This document shows, piece by piece, positions 26,195-37,535 of a stretch of 64,000 bases of DNA. The translations under genes and the position numbers were made by a program. The DNA is from Heterodontus francisci. Its lineage: Eukaryota. How positions within the stretch are numbered: position 1 is the stretch's first letter; every line of letters starts with the position of its first letter. The DNA lies in the NCBI RefSeq assembly GCF_036365525.1, contig NC_090412.1, positions 21,892,029 through 21,956,028 of the forward strand, read 5' to 3'. The notes under the pieces are model-generated. The model made no database searches and was not told where the DNA came from. It was given only the letters and a program-made list of their open reading frames with translations.

Positions 26195-26630
26195 AACTTG
26201 CATTTATATAGCGCCTTTCACAACCTCAGAATGCCCCAGAACGCCTTATATCCAATAAAATATTTTTGAAGTGTAATCACTGTTGTCGGAAATGGAGTAG
26301 CCAATTTGCAGGCAGCAATGTGATCATGATCAGATAACGGTTTTTTTCCCAAAAAATGTACTTTATTCATAAAATTTGTAAAAGTACATTACATAGCAGT
26401 TCAAGTTTCACATTACATAAAGTGCCATACAGATCAGTTTCTTTCAATACAGGAGATGAGGTGCCTCACTACATTTGCCATTGATAATCTGTTTTTAGGT
26501 GTTAGTTGAGGGTTAAATATTGGCCAGAACACCAGAGACAATCCCCCTACTGTTCTTCAAAATGTTGCCATGGCATCTTTTACATCCACCTGAGAGGGCA
26601 GACAAAGCCTCGACTTAACATCTCATCCAA
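26195..26630 (-). mobile_element. Deu-domain SINE with a nested L1/Tx1-like tail (26340-26480)
   Basis: acttgcatttatatagcgcctttcacaacc...; the SINE resumes at gataatctgtttttagg. Confidence 0.75.
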
Positions 26631-26889
26631 TCCAGCAGTTTTCACGGTTATCTGATGCAAGCCCACAAATCACCAGATTAAATTCAACATTGCAGCTTAA
26701 CCATGTGGATTTGCTGAAGGAAGAGGTTAGAAGTTTTTTTTAACCAAAGGATTGTTAAGACATGGAGTGTCTTACCAGAAAGAGATGGAAGCAGAATCCG
26801 TAACAGATTTTAAAAGGGAAGTGGATAAACAATTGAAAAAGAGTATGTGGAAAGGGCAGGAAAATGGGACAAAGTGGTAGCCAAAAGAA

Positions 26890-27470
26890 GCAAATTATCT
26901 AAATTGTGAGAGATTGCAGAGCTCTGAGATGCAGAGGGATCTGGGTGTCCTAGTGCATGAATCACGAAAGGTTAGTATGCAGGTACAGCAAGTAATTAGG
27001 AAAGCTAATAGAATGTTATTTATTGCAAGCGGAATTGAATACAAAAGTAGGGAGGTTATGCTTCAGCTATACAGGACATTGATGAGACCACATCTGGAGT
27101 ACTGCTCCTTACTTAAGGAAGGATGTAAATGTGCAGGAAGCAGTTCAGAGAAGGTTTACTAGACTAATACTTGGAATGGGCGGGTTGTCTAATGAGGAAA
27201 GATTGGACAGACTAGGTTTGTATCCGCTGGAGTTTAGAAGAGTAAGAGGCAACTTGATTGAAACATAAAAGATCCTGATGGGTCTTGACAGGGTGGATGT
27301 GGAAAGGATGTTTCCTTTTGTGGGAGAATTTAGAACTAAGGGTCACTGTTTAAAAATAAGGGGTCACCCATTTAAGTGAGTCTTTGGAACTCTCTTCCTC
27401 AAAAGGCGGTGGAAGCAGAGTCTTTGGATATTTTCAAGGCAGAGGTAGATAGATTCTTAGTAAGCAAGGG
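26890..27470 (+). mobile_element. CR1 ORF2 C-terminal fragment
   Basis: QRDLGVLVHES..GIEYKSREVMLQLYRTLMRPHLEYC. Confidence 0.88.
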
Positions 27471-27489
27471 CGTAAAAACTCAGTCTTGA

Positions 27490-28115
27490 ACATACGCAAT
27501 GACTGAGCCTCCACAGTCCTCTGGGGCAGAGAATTCCAAAGATTCATCACCTTCTGAGTGAAGAAATTCCTTCCTGTATCTACCCTGTCGAATTCTATTA
27601 GAATTTTGTATGTTTGAATAAGATCAGCTCCAGAGAATAAAGGCTCAGTCTATTTAATCTTTTCTCATAGGACATCTCCTCCATCCCAGGAATAAGTTTA
27701 GTGAATCTTTGTTGCACTCCCTTTATGGCAAGTATATCTTTCCTTAGGTAAGAAGACCAAAACTGCTACAATACTCCAGGTGTGGTCTCCCCAAGGCTCT
27801 ATATAATTGCAGTAAGACATCTTTACTCCTATACTCAAATCCACTTGTAATAAAGGCCAACATACCATTTGCCTTCTTAATTGCTTGCTGTATCTGCATA
27901 CTAACTTTCTGTGATTCATGAACAAGAACACCAAAGTCCCTTTAAAGTTCAACACTTCTCTCTTGCCATTTAAGAAATATTCTGCCTTTCTGTTTTTCCT
28001 ACCAAAGTGGATAATCTCACATTTCTCCACATTGTATTCCATCTGCCAAATTTTTGCCCACTTGCATTGTCTCTCCAAATCCCCTTGAAGCATCTTTGCA
28101 TCTTCCTCACAACTC
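27490..28115 (-). mobile_element. CR1 ORF2 fragment (opposite orientation)
   Basis: SCEEDAKMLQGDL..WAKIWQMEYNVEKCEIIHFGRKN. Confidence 0.88.
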
Positions 28116-28637
28116 ACACCCCCTCTCTCTGCATTTCCCCATCCTCCTCACAACTCACACCCCCTCTCTCTGCATTTCCCCACTCCCTCCCTCCCCTACC
28201 CCCTTTCCTCCCCATTACCTCCCACTTCCCCCACCCTCCCCTTCCCCTCTCTCCCCCCCTGCCCTTACCCCTCTCCCTCCCCCCCTCATCTCCCCACCCC
28301 ACTCCCCTTTCCTCCCCCTCCCTCTCTGCCCCTCCTCCCTCCCCCAACCCTCCCCTTCCCTGTCTCCTCCCTCCCCTTCCCCTCCTCCCACGCTCCCCTT
28401 CCCCGTCTCCTCCCCTCCCCCTCTCCTCTCCCCCTTCCCACTCATCTTCTCCTCCCTCTCCGCTCCACCCCTCCTCCTTCTCCACACACCTCTGCCTCCA
28501 CCCCTCCCCCCTTCTGCTCCCTCCCCACCACCCCTCCACTCCTCCTCCTCCACCCCTCGCCCTTCCGCCTCACTCTCTTTCCCCTCAACCCTCCTCTCCC
28601 CACCCTCCTCCTCCTCCAACTATCCCCCTCCCTCCAA
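28116..28637. repeat. Polypyrimidine/polypurine low-complexity tract (left arm)
   Basis: Almost exclusively C/T on the + strand. Confidence 0.95.
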
Positions 28638-29050
28638 AGGCCTGCAAACTCCAAAGCAATTAGTGCAACAGGAAGATTCAAACTTGCAGCTAAAAATGCT
28701 GTGAAGAAAAGCAATGAAAATGTTGATCCAAATAGTGAATCTGCCAAGGTAACTGCTGCAAACATGAAGTCCAAAACAAAGAAACCTGAAACTGCTAAAA
28801 GATCAGGTGCATCAAAGCCAAAATCTGCAGACATTTCAAAAGGAAAAGGAGAGAAATCTGGAAAGGCATCGGGAAAAGTGGATTAGGAATAGCTAGAAAA
28901 TCACCCAAAAAGAGTGGCAAAATATCAAAGCCTGAAGTAAAGAATAAAGTTAAGGAGCTCAGACAGCCTTCAAGCACGGGAACAAGGAGCACTCAAAAAA
29001 AGAGCAAGATTGTAAAAAAGGAACTGGGTGGATTTATTTTAATAAAAAAA
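28638..29050 (+). pseudogene. H1-8: 5'-truncated, probably processed copy of oocyte linker histone H1.8 (H1foo/B4)
   Basis: Translation RPANSKAISATGRFKLAAKNAVKKSNENVDPN.. matches the B4/H1foo globular-domain end (RP-NS----ATGRFKL) and the ENVDPN motif. A Lys-rich tail follows, broken by a stop/frameshift at about 28886. The copy ends at ttttAATAAAaaaa. Confidence 0.75.
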
Positions 29051-29079
29051 GGTCAACAGATGAAACTCTCAGCCGAACA

Positions 29080-30705
29080 ACTCCTCCCCTCCCTCCCTCC
29101 TCTTCCTCCCCTCCCTCCCCACTCTCTCTTATACCCCCCTCCCTCCCCCTTCTCCTCTTCCTCCCTCCTCCTCCCCTCCCTCCCCCTCTTCCTCTCACCC
29201 CCTCTCTCCTCTTCCTCCCTCCCCCCTCTTCCTCCCCACCTCCCTCCTCTTCCTCCCCACCCCCCTCTTCCTTCCTCCCCCCCTCCCTCCTCTTCCACCC
29301 CCCCTCCCTCCTCTTCCTACCCCCCTCCCTCCTCTTCCTCCACCCCCTCCCTCCTCTTCCTCCCCCCTCCCTCCTCTTCCTCCCCCCTCCCTCCTCTTCC
29401 TCCACCCCCTCCCTCCTCTTCCTCCACCCCCTCCCCTTTTCCTCTCCCCCCTCCTCTTCCTCCACCCCCTCCCTCCTCCCCTTTTCCTCTCCCCCTCCCT
29501 CCTCTTCCTCCCCACCTCCTTCCTCTTCCTCCCCCCTCCTTCCTCTTCCTCCCCCCTCCTTCATCTCCCTCCCCCCTACTTCCTCTCTCTCCCCCTCCCT
29601 CATTTCCTCCCCCCCTCCTTTCCTCCCCACCCCCTGCCCCCTCTCCCCCTTCCTTCCCCTCTCCTTCTCCCCCTCCATCTTCTACTCCCCCCCTCCATCT
29701 TCTACTCCCTCCTCCCCCATCTTCTACTTCCTCCCCCCACCCCCTCCTCTTCCTTCCCCCCCACCCCCTCCTCTTCCTTCCCCCCCACCCCCTCCTCTTC
29801 CTTCCCCCCCACCCCCTCCTCTTCCTTCCCCCCACCCCCTCCTCTTCCTTCCCCCCTCCCCCTCCTCTTCCTTCCCCCCTCCCCCTCCTCTTCCTTCCCC
29901 CCTCACCCCCTCCTCTTCCTCCCTCACCCCCTCCTCTTCCTTCCCCCCTCACCCCCTCCTCTTCCTTCCCCCCTCACCCCCTCCTCTTCCTTCCCCCCTC
30001 ACCCCCTCCTCTTCCTTCCCCCCCTCCTCTTCCTTCCACCCCCACCCCCTCCTCTTCCTTCCCCACCCCCATCCACCCCCTCCTCTTCCTTCCCCACCCC
30101 CATCCACCCCCTCCTCTTCCTTCCCCCCCACCCCCTCCTCTTCCTTCCCCCCCACCCCCTCCTCTTCCTTCCCCACCCACCCCCTCCTCTTCCTTCCCCA
30201 CCCACCCCCTCCTCTTCCTTCCCCCCCACCCCCTCCTCTTCCTTCCACCCCCTCCTCTTCCTTCCCCCCCTCCTCTTCCTTCCCCACCCCCTCCTCCTCT
30301 TCCTTACCCACCCCCTCCTCCTCTTCCTTCCCTACCCCCTCCTCCTCTTCCTTCCCTACCCCCACCTACCCCCTCCTCACCCACCCCCTCCTCCTCTTCC
30401 TTACCCACCCCCTCCTCCTCTTCCTTCCCCCCCTCCTCTTCCTTACCCACCCCCTCCTCCTCTTCCTTCCACCCCCTCCTCTTCCTTCCCCCCCTCCTCT
30501 TCCTTACCCACCCCCTCCTCTTCCTTACCCACCCCCTCCTCCTCTTCCTTCCCTACCCCCCCACCCCCACCTCTTCCTTCCCCCCTCCCCTCCATCTTCT
30601 ACTCCCTTCCCACCTCCTCATTCCCCCCTCAACCTTCCCTCCTCATCATCATCATCCCCCCTCTCTCGGCCCCCCCCTCCCCTCCCCTCCTCCCTCCTCC
30701 TCCAT
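29080..30705. repeat. Polypyrimidine/polypurine tract (right arm) with ~23-24-bp subunits ccccccaccccctcctcttccttc
   Basis: About 1.6 kb of C/T with rare A and almost no G on the + strand. Confidence 0.95.
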
Positions 30706-30929
30706 CACTGAGAGCTCGGGGACTATCCGGCACTGGTAGGGAGTGCTGCATCAATTGATACAACAATTTTTATTATAATCGTTTATAATAAAATAATCAG
30801 AACAATACTTGAATTCTGAATGTAGGTTTTAAACGGAATGGTGATTTGCTGTATGTTTTCCAGTTTTGTTGTCCGCCACAATAGTTGAAGCGGTCAAACC
30901 GCTTCCCTCCTCCCCCCCCCCCCACCCCC

Positions 30930-31024
30930 ACCCTCAGCTGCTTGTGGAAGTGGGCGGGTCCGGGATGTCGCTTTGTTCTCGCGGGAGTTGGAGCGGGAGC
31001 GCGGCGGAAGGTGGAGGAGCAGGT
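30930..31024 (+). promoter_or_regulatory. CpG-rich promoter-like region with a putative non-coding first exon
   Basis: GGAAGT (30946), GC box GGGCGG (30952), TCTCGCGGGA (30977, one mismatch to TCTCGCGAGA) and a donor CAG|GTGAGA at 31022/31023. Confidence 0.5.
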
Positions 31025-31029
31025 GAGAG

Positions 31030-31175
31030 GGGCGGGAGGCTGTGGGCTAGCACCGTTATAACCGGGCGGGAGGCTGTGGGCTAGCACCGTTATAACCGGG
31101 CGGGAGGCTGTGGGCTAGCACCGTTATAACCGGGCGGGAGGCTGTGGGCTAGCCCCGTTATAACCGGGCGGGAAG
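31030..31175. repeat. 34-bp GC-rich VNTR (4 units plus a partial unit)
   Basis: Unit gggcgggaggctgtgggctagcaccgttataacc, with ggcggg recurring at 31031, 31065, 31099, 31133 and 31167. Confidence 0.95.
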
Positions 31176-31224
31176 CCGCGCTGGAGGAGGCCGGGCCCAG
31201 TGTGAGGGGTTGGATAGGCCTCAC

Positions 31225-32900
31225 TGGCCGGAATTTGACCTTCCGAAATCGGGTGAAAAGGCGTCTGGTGACCCCGGCGTCATGACGCACTGACGCCGTT
31301 TCACCACCGCGGAAGTGGGAGTGTGGGGGGAGGAGTGGTCGCCAGTAGTTTCAAGGCAATTAAATAATCACTTTGATCTAAGTCCTTGAAAACCCCATTG
31401 ACTGCAAATTTACGTGGGCCGTCTGATTTTACGGTCGTAATTCGGGTCATTGAGCGTGTCCGGGACCCGGCAACTTTAAAGGGGCGGAAGGCAGGCAATC
31501 AGGTACTGCTTTTGGTGTTTATTAGTTTTTGTGTTATATAAATTGTAGACGTTTGTAGCTTGTGCAGAGGGGTCTCTGACTCACTGCAGCTTGGGACACA
31601 TCTGCTTTGTGTCCTGACAACTGGAACGTAAGAGATTTTGTCATTGAACCTGGTAACCAGTCCAACGATGGCAATTGTGCATTCTGGAGGGAGCTCTTCA
31701 GATGAGGAGGACTATGCCCCAAGCAGGCACAGAAGGATAGCTGGGCGTGGGACCGCACAACAAACTGGTCAAGTGCCTCCTCGTTATGTGGGTGGCAGAG
31801 TCAGCCGAGTGCGAACACGTCACACAGGCAGGGTGTACCGCCTGCGCCTGAGCTACCTGCAGCTGTCGGAATGCCAGTGCAGAAGAAGACTGCGTCTGTC
31901 ATGTGAGACTGTACCATCTCTTTGCGAGGTGCTGGCAGTGGATGTAGCCTGAAACTGCCTCAGTGCCCATCCAGTGCCGGTCGCTTTAAAGCTCTTAACT
32001 TTTATGCGTGTGGCTCTTTCCAGGCTTCAAGGGCAGACTTGTGCAGAGTCTCCCAGGCAGCTGCGCACCATTGCGTAAAGATTGTGACTGATGCATTGTT
32101 CAGACGTGCTAACAATTTCATTTGTTTCAAAACGGACAACACCAGCCAGGCTGAAAGAGTAAGAGGATTCAGTGCAATAGCTGGGTTCCTAAGGTTCAGG
32201 GCATGATGGACAATACTCATGTGGCAATGAGATCACCAGCAGGTCAGTCAGGGGCATTTATTAACCGAAAAGGCTTTCTATTCATTGAATGTTCAGCTTG
32301 TGATCATCGGAAGAGAATCATGCAGGTTTGTGCATGTTACCTAGGGAGTTACCACGATGCATTCATTCTCAGAAACTCCCAGGTGCTTGCTCTCTTCAGT
32401 CCCCTGGACAGACTGGAAGGTTGGATATTTGGCGACGGGGCTTATTCTCTGAAGACATGGCTGATGACACCTGTGAGAATCCCAAGGAGTTATGCTGAGG
32501 AACACGTCAGTGAGAGCCATGCGGCCAGCAGAGTGACAATCGAACAAACAAAAAGATGAGATTGAGGTGTCTGGACCGCTCAGGTGGAGCACTGCAGTAC
32601 GCGGCAGCACAGGTCTCCGGGATTATTGTCGTTTGCTGCACCTTGCACAACCTTGCGATGGAAAGGGGAGACACCATTAAGGAGGTTCAGAGCCCTTTTT
32701 AAAGGGCTTACAGCATCCGTTCCTGGATTTTGCCCCGCCCCCAAAGCTGATGATTAACCCGTGTGCACCTTTTCGGGTGCCGCTAATAGGCTGCCCCGTG
32801 CGTGATACTGGTGGGCAGGAGGTGTGGAGCAGATTCGGGGTACTCGGCCGCTTCCGTCTCATCCGCCCCGGAGTCATCGAGAGCTGAAAAATTCTGGCCA
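31225..32900 (+). mobile_element. PIF/Harbinger DNA transposon, decayed
   Basis: Candidate TIRs tggccggaattt / aaattctggcca around a HARBI1-like transposase. Confidence 0.8.
31668..32680 (+). pseudogene. Harbinger (HARBI1-like DDE) transposase with stops and frameshifts
   Basis: RVYRLRLSYLQLSE.QC.RRLRL; ALNFYACGSFQ; DNTHV; FINRKGF; GSYHDAFIL; GWIFGDGAY; R..IEQT; LRCLDRSGGALQY; CCTLHNLA. Confidence 0.88.
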
Positions 32901-33350
32901 CGGTCTCCACTCCCATTCTGCCCACCATTCCCCCTCCCGTACTAGATCCAGAATAATTCAGCTTTGTTTTCCCCGAACAATTGATTACAACTTTGTTCAC
33001 AGATTGAAAGACCAGACATAATAACATACTGACGAGAGTCTTCAGTATTGACCAACCTTTTGACTTCTCACTTTTGGTTTTCCATTCAGAGATTACACAT
33101 TTTACGTGTCAAGTGGGTATTTCCACTGTTGTTTAGACCACAAACAGCTGCTGGAAAAATCAACCCCCCCCCCCCCCAGCCCAACTTGTATGCTACAATC
33201 ACCAGGGGACTGCTGCGTGTTAATTTATTTGTGTTAATTTTGGATAATTAGAAGGAGCGGTACCACCGCACCCAGCAAAATCAGATAGCAAAACATTTCA
33301 ATTGCTTCAGTCTTTGGGACATTGCCAGGCATGTAGGAAGAAACAGCTTG

Positions 33351-36300
33351 ATCATAAGATCATAAGAACTAGGAGCAGGAGTAGGCCGTCCGGCCCCTCG
33401 AGCCTGCTCCGCCATTCAATAAGATCATGGCTGATCTTTTCGTGGACTCAGATCCACTTACCCGCGCTCTCACCGTATCCCTTGATTCCTTTATTGTTCA
33501 AAAAGATATCTACCTTAGCTTTAAAAACGTTTACAGAAGAAGCGTCAACTACTTCACTGGGCAAGGAATTCCATAGATTAACAACCCTCTGGGTGAAGAA
33601 GTTCCTTCTCAATTCAGTCCTAAATCTGCTCCCTCTAATCTTGAGGCTATGCCCTCTTGTCCTAGCTTCACCTGCCAGTGGAAACATCCTCTCTACTTGT
33701 ATCTTATCTATTCCCTTCATAATTTTATATGTTTCTATAAGATCCCCCCTCATTATTCTGAATTCCAATGAATATAATCCCAATCTACTCAGTCTCTCCT
33801 CAAAGCCAACCCCCTCAACTCTGGAATCAACCTAGTGAACCTCCTCTGCACCCCCTCCAGTGCCAGTACATCCTTTCTCAAGTAAGGAGACCAAAACTGC
33901 ACACAGTACTCCAGGTGCGGCCTCACCAGTACCTTATACAGCTGCAACATAACCTCTCTGCTTTTAAACTCAATCCCTTTAGCAATGAAGGACAAAATTC
34001 CATTTGCCTTCCTAATTACTTGCTGTACCTGCAGACCAACCTTCTGCGATTCATGCACAAGGACACCCAGATCCCTCTGCATAGCAGCATGCTGCAACTT
34101 TTTACCATTCAAGTAATAATCCTTTTTACTGTTACTCCTACCGAAATGAATGACTTCACATTTATTAACATTGTATTCCATCTGCCAGACCTTTGCCCAC
34201 TCACTCAATGTATCTATGGTCATCTGCAAACTTTTGACACCCTACACGTGGTCCCCAACTCCAAATCATCTATATAAATTGTAAATAATTGCGGTCCCAA
34301 CACCGATCCCTGAGGCACACCACTAGTGTCTGATTGCCAGCCAGAATAGCACTCATTTATCCCCACTCTCTGCTTCCTGTTAGTCAACCAATCCTCTATC
34401 CATGTTAATACTTTACCCCTAACGCCATGCATCCTTATCTTATGCAGCAGCCTCTTGTGCGGCACCTTGTCGAAGGCCTTTTGGAAATCTAGGTACACCA
34501 CATCCACTGGGTCCCCATTGTCCCCCTTGCTCGTAATGTCATCATAGAATTCCAAAAGATTTGTCAAGCATGACCTGCCCTTCATGAACCCATGCTGCGT
34601 CTGCCCAACGGGACAATTTCTATCGAGATGCCCTGCTATTTCTTCCTTGATACTAGACTCAAGCATCTTTCCCACTACAGAGGCTAAGCTAACCGGTCTA
34701 TAATTCCCCATCTTTTGTCTACCTCCCTTTTTAAACAGTGGCGTCACACCTGCTGTTTTCCAATCTGCTGGGACTACCCCAGAGTCCAGCGAATTTTGGA
34801 AAATTACCGCCAGTGCACCTGCTATTTCTCCCGCCATCTCTTTTAGTACCCTGGGATGCATTCCATCAGGGCCAGGAGACTTATCAATCCTTAGCTTGCC
34901 CAACACTACCTCTTCCGTAATAATGATTGTTTCCAGGTCCTCACCTACGTTCGTCTCTTTGTCAATTACTGGCATGTTATTAATGTCCTCCACTGTGAAG
35001 ACTGATACAAAATACCTGTTCAATGCCTCAGCCATTTCATCATATCCCATAACTAAATTCCCCTTCTCATCCTCAAAAGGATCAACGTTTACTTTAGCCA
35101 CTCTTTCGTTTTATATATTTATAGAAACTTTTGCTATCTGTCTTTATATTCTGTGCTAGTTTTTTCTCATGTTCTATCTTACTTTTCTTTATAGCTCTTT
35201 TTGTGGCTTTCTGTTGACCTTTAAAGTTTTCCCAATCTTCTAGTTTCATGCTGTTTTTGGCCACTTTGTATGCCTTCTCTTTCAATTGGATAGCCTCCCT
35301 TATTTCCTTCGACACCCATGGCAGATTACCCCTTTTCTTCCAGTCCTTCCTTTTCACTGGAATATACTTTTGCTGAGCACTTTGAAAAATTGCTTTGAAA
35401 GTCCTCCACTGCTCGTCAACTGTCCCACCATAAAATCTTTGTTTCCAGTCTACTTTAGCCAAGTCCTCCCTCATTCTATTGTAGTCCCCCTTGTTCAAGC
35501 GCAGGACCCTGGTATTGGATTTTATCTTCACACTCTCCATCTGTATTCTAAATTCAACCGTACTGTGATCACTCCTTCCAAGAGGATCCCTAACTATGAG
35601 GTCATTAATTATTCCTGTCTCATTACACAGGACTAGATCTAGGATAGCTCGCTCCCTCGTCGGTTCCATTACATACTGTTCAAGAAAACTATCACGGATA
35701 CACTCAACGAACTCCTCCTCAAGGCTACCCTGACTGAGCTGGTTCAACCAATCTACATGTAGATTAAAATCCCCCATGATAATTGCCGTACCATTTTTAC
35801 GGGCATTAGTTATTTCTTTGTTTATTGCCTGCCCCAATGTGATGTTATTATTTGGTGGCCTATAGACTACGCCTATCAATGACTTTTTCTTCTTAGAGTT
35901 TCTAATTTCCACCCAAATGGATTCAACCTCATTCTCCATAGAACCTATATCATCTCTCAGCACCGCCCTGATGTCGTCCTTGAATATCAGAGCTACACCA
36001 CCTCCCTTACCTTCCTGTCTGTCTCCTTCCGAATAGTCTGGTACCCCTGGATATTTAACTCCCAGTCGTGACCAACCTGTAACCATGTCTCCGTAATGGC
36101 TACCAAATCATATTCATTCGCGATGATTTGTGCCGTTAACTCATCAACCTTGTTACGAATGCTATGAGCATTCAGGTAAAGTGCCTTTATGCTAGCTTTC
36201 TTACCCTCATGATTTCCAACATCTCTAATAATAACTCCTGAGTTATCCTTCCTTTCTGCTTCTTTCATAGTCTGCCTTGAACTTAAAACCTCCTGCACAC

Positions 36301-36787
36301 GTTAACCTGCTGCTTACCTTTTTATTTACCATCATACTCCCTGTCGTTTTCCCTTTCCCTTCCCCCCGACTCACTAGTTTAAAGTACTAGAGACCACCCT
36401 ATTTATCCTTTTCGCTAGAACACTGGTTCCAGATCGGTTCAGGTGGAGACTGTCCCATCGGTACAGATCCCCCCGGTTCCAAAACTGATGCCAATGCCCC
36501 ATGAAATGGAACCCCTCTTTCCCACACCACTCCCTTAGCCACGTGTTTACTTCCCTAATTTTCTTATCCCTAAGCCAATTTGCACGTGGCTCGGGCAGTA
36601 ATCCGGAGATTATGACCCTCGTGGACCTGTTCCTTAATTTCGTTCCTAGTGCTTTATAATCCCCAAACAGGTCCTCCATCCTAGCCTTGCCTATGTTGTT
36701 AGTTCCAACGTGGACCACAACAACTGGATCCTCCCCCTCCCGCTCCAATATCCTTTCAAGCCGGTCAGAGATTTCCTGCACCCTGGC
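33351..36787 (-). mobile_element. Near full-length CR1 LINE: 5'-truncated ORF1 (SGNH esterase) and frameshifted ORF2 (APE + RT)
   Basis: ORF1 36374-36781 with HVGTNN and DSLHLN. ORF2 pieces: LYLNAHSIRNK/ITETWL, VYRPPN/MGDFN/SDH, KSPGPDG/NYRPVSL/QHGF/YLDFQKAFDKV/SGVPQGSVLGP, WQMEYNVNKC. Tail (cataaga)n at 33351. Confidence 0.95.
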
Positions 36788-36904
36788 ATTTATGTTGCGT
36801 CTTTTAGCACCTTAGGATGTCCCAAAGCACTTTACAACTAATGAAGGACTTTTGAACTGTAGTCACTGTTGTAGGGAAACATGACTGCCAATTTAGGCAC
36901 AGCA

Positions 36905-37535
36905 AGGTAGAATCATAGAAATTTTAAGGCACAGAAAGAGGCCACTTGGTCCATCATGTCTGTGCTGGCTGAAAAATGGTCCACCTATTCTAATCCCACC
37001 TTCCAGCATTTGGTCCGTAGCCCTGCAGATTACAGCACTTGAAGTGCATATCCAGACTCCTTTTGAATGAGTTGAGGGTCTCTGCCTCAACTACCCTTTT
37101 AGGCAGTGAGTTCCAGACCATCACCACCCTCTGGGTGAAAAAGGTTTTCCTCATCTCTCCTATAATTTTTCTACCAATCACTTTAAATTTATGCCCCCTC
37201 GTCACTGACCTCTCTGCTAACGTGAATAGACCCTTCACCTCCACTCTATCTTAGGCCCTTCAAAATTTTGTACATTTAATTCAGATCTCCCCTCATCCTT
37301 CACTGTTCCAAGGAGAACAGCCCCAGCCTGTCCAATCTTTCCTCATAGCTGCATTTTCCCAGTCTTGGCATCATCCTCATAAATCTCCTCTGTACCCTCT
37401 CTAGTGCAATTACATCCTTTCTGTAATGACCAGAACTGCACACAGTACTCAAGTTGTGGCCTAACCAATGAATTATACAGTTCCAGCATAACCTCCCTGC
37501 TCTTGTATTCTATACCTCAGCTAATAAAGGAAAGG
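36905..37535 (-). mobile_element. CR1 3' fragment
   Basis: TRGHKFKV..FFTQRVVMVWNSLP, with a tail at about 36910. Confidence 0.85.

Noticed and set aside
29060-30739. 559-aa Pro/Leu/Ser-rich ORF and overlapping Gly/Arg/Glu-rich antisense ORFs
   Set aside because: Stop codons are absent simply because the strand is nearly all C/T, so these are low-complexity artefacts.
31668-32680. Domesticated HARBI1 gene
   Set aside because: Multiple stops and frameshifts plus flanking TIRs indicate a dead transposon copy.
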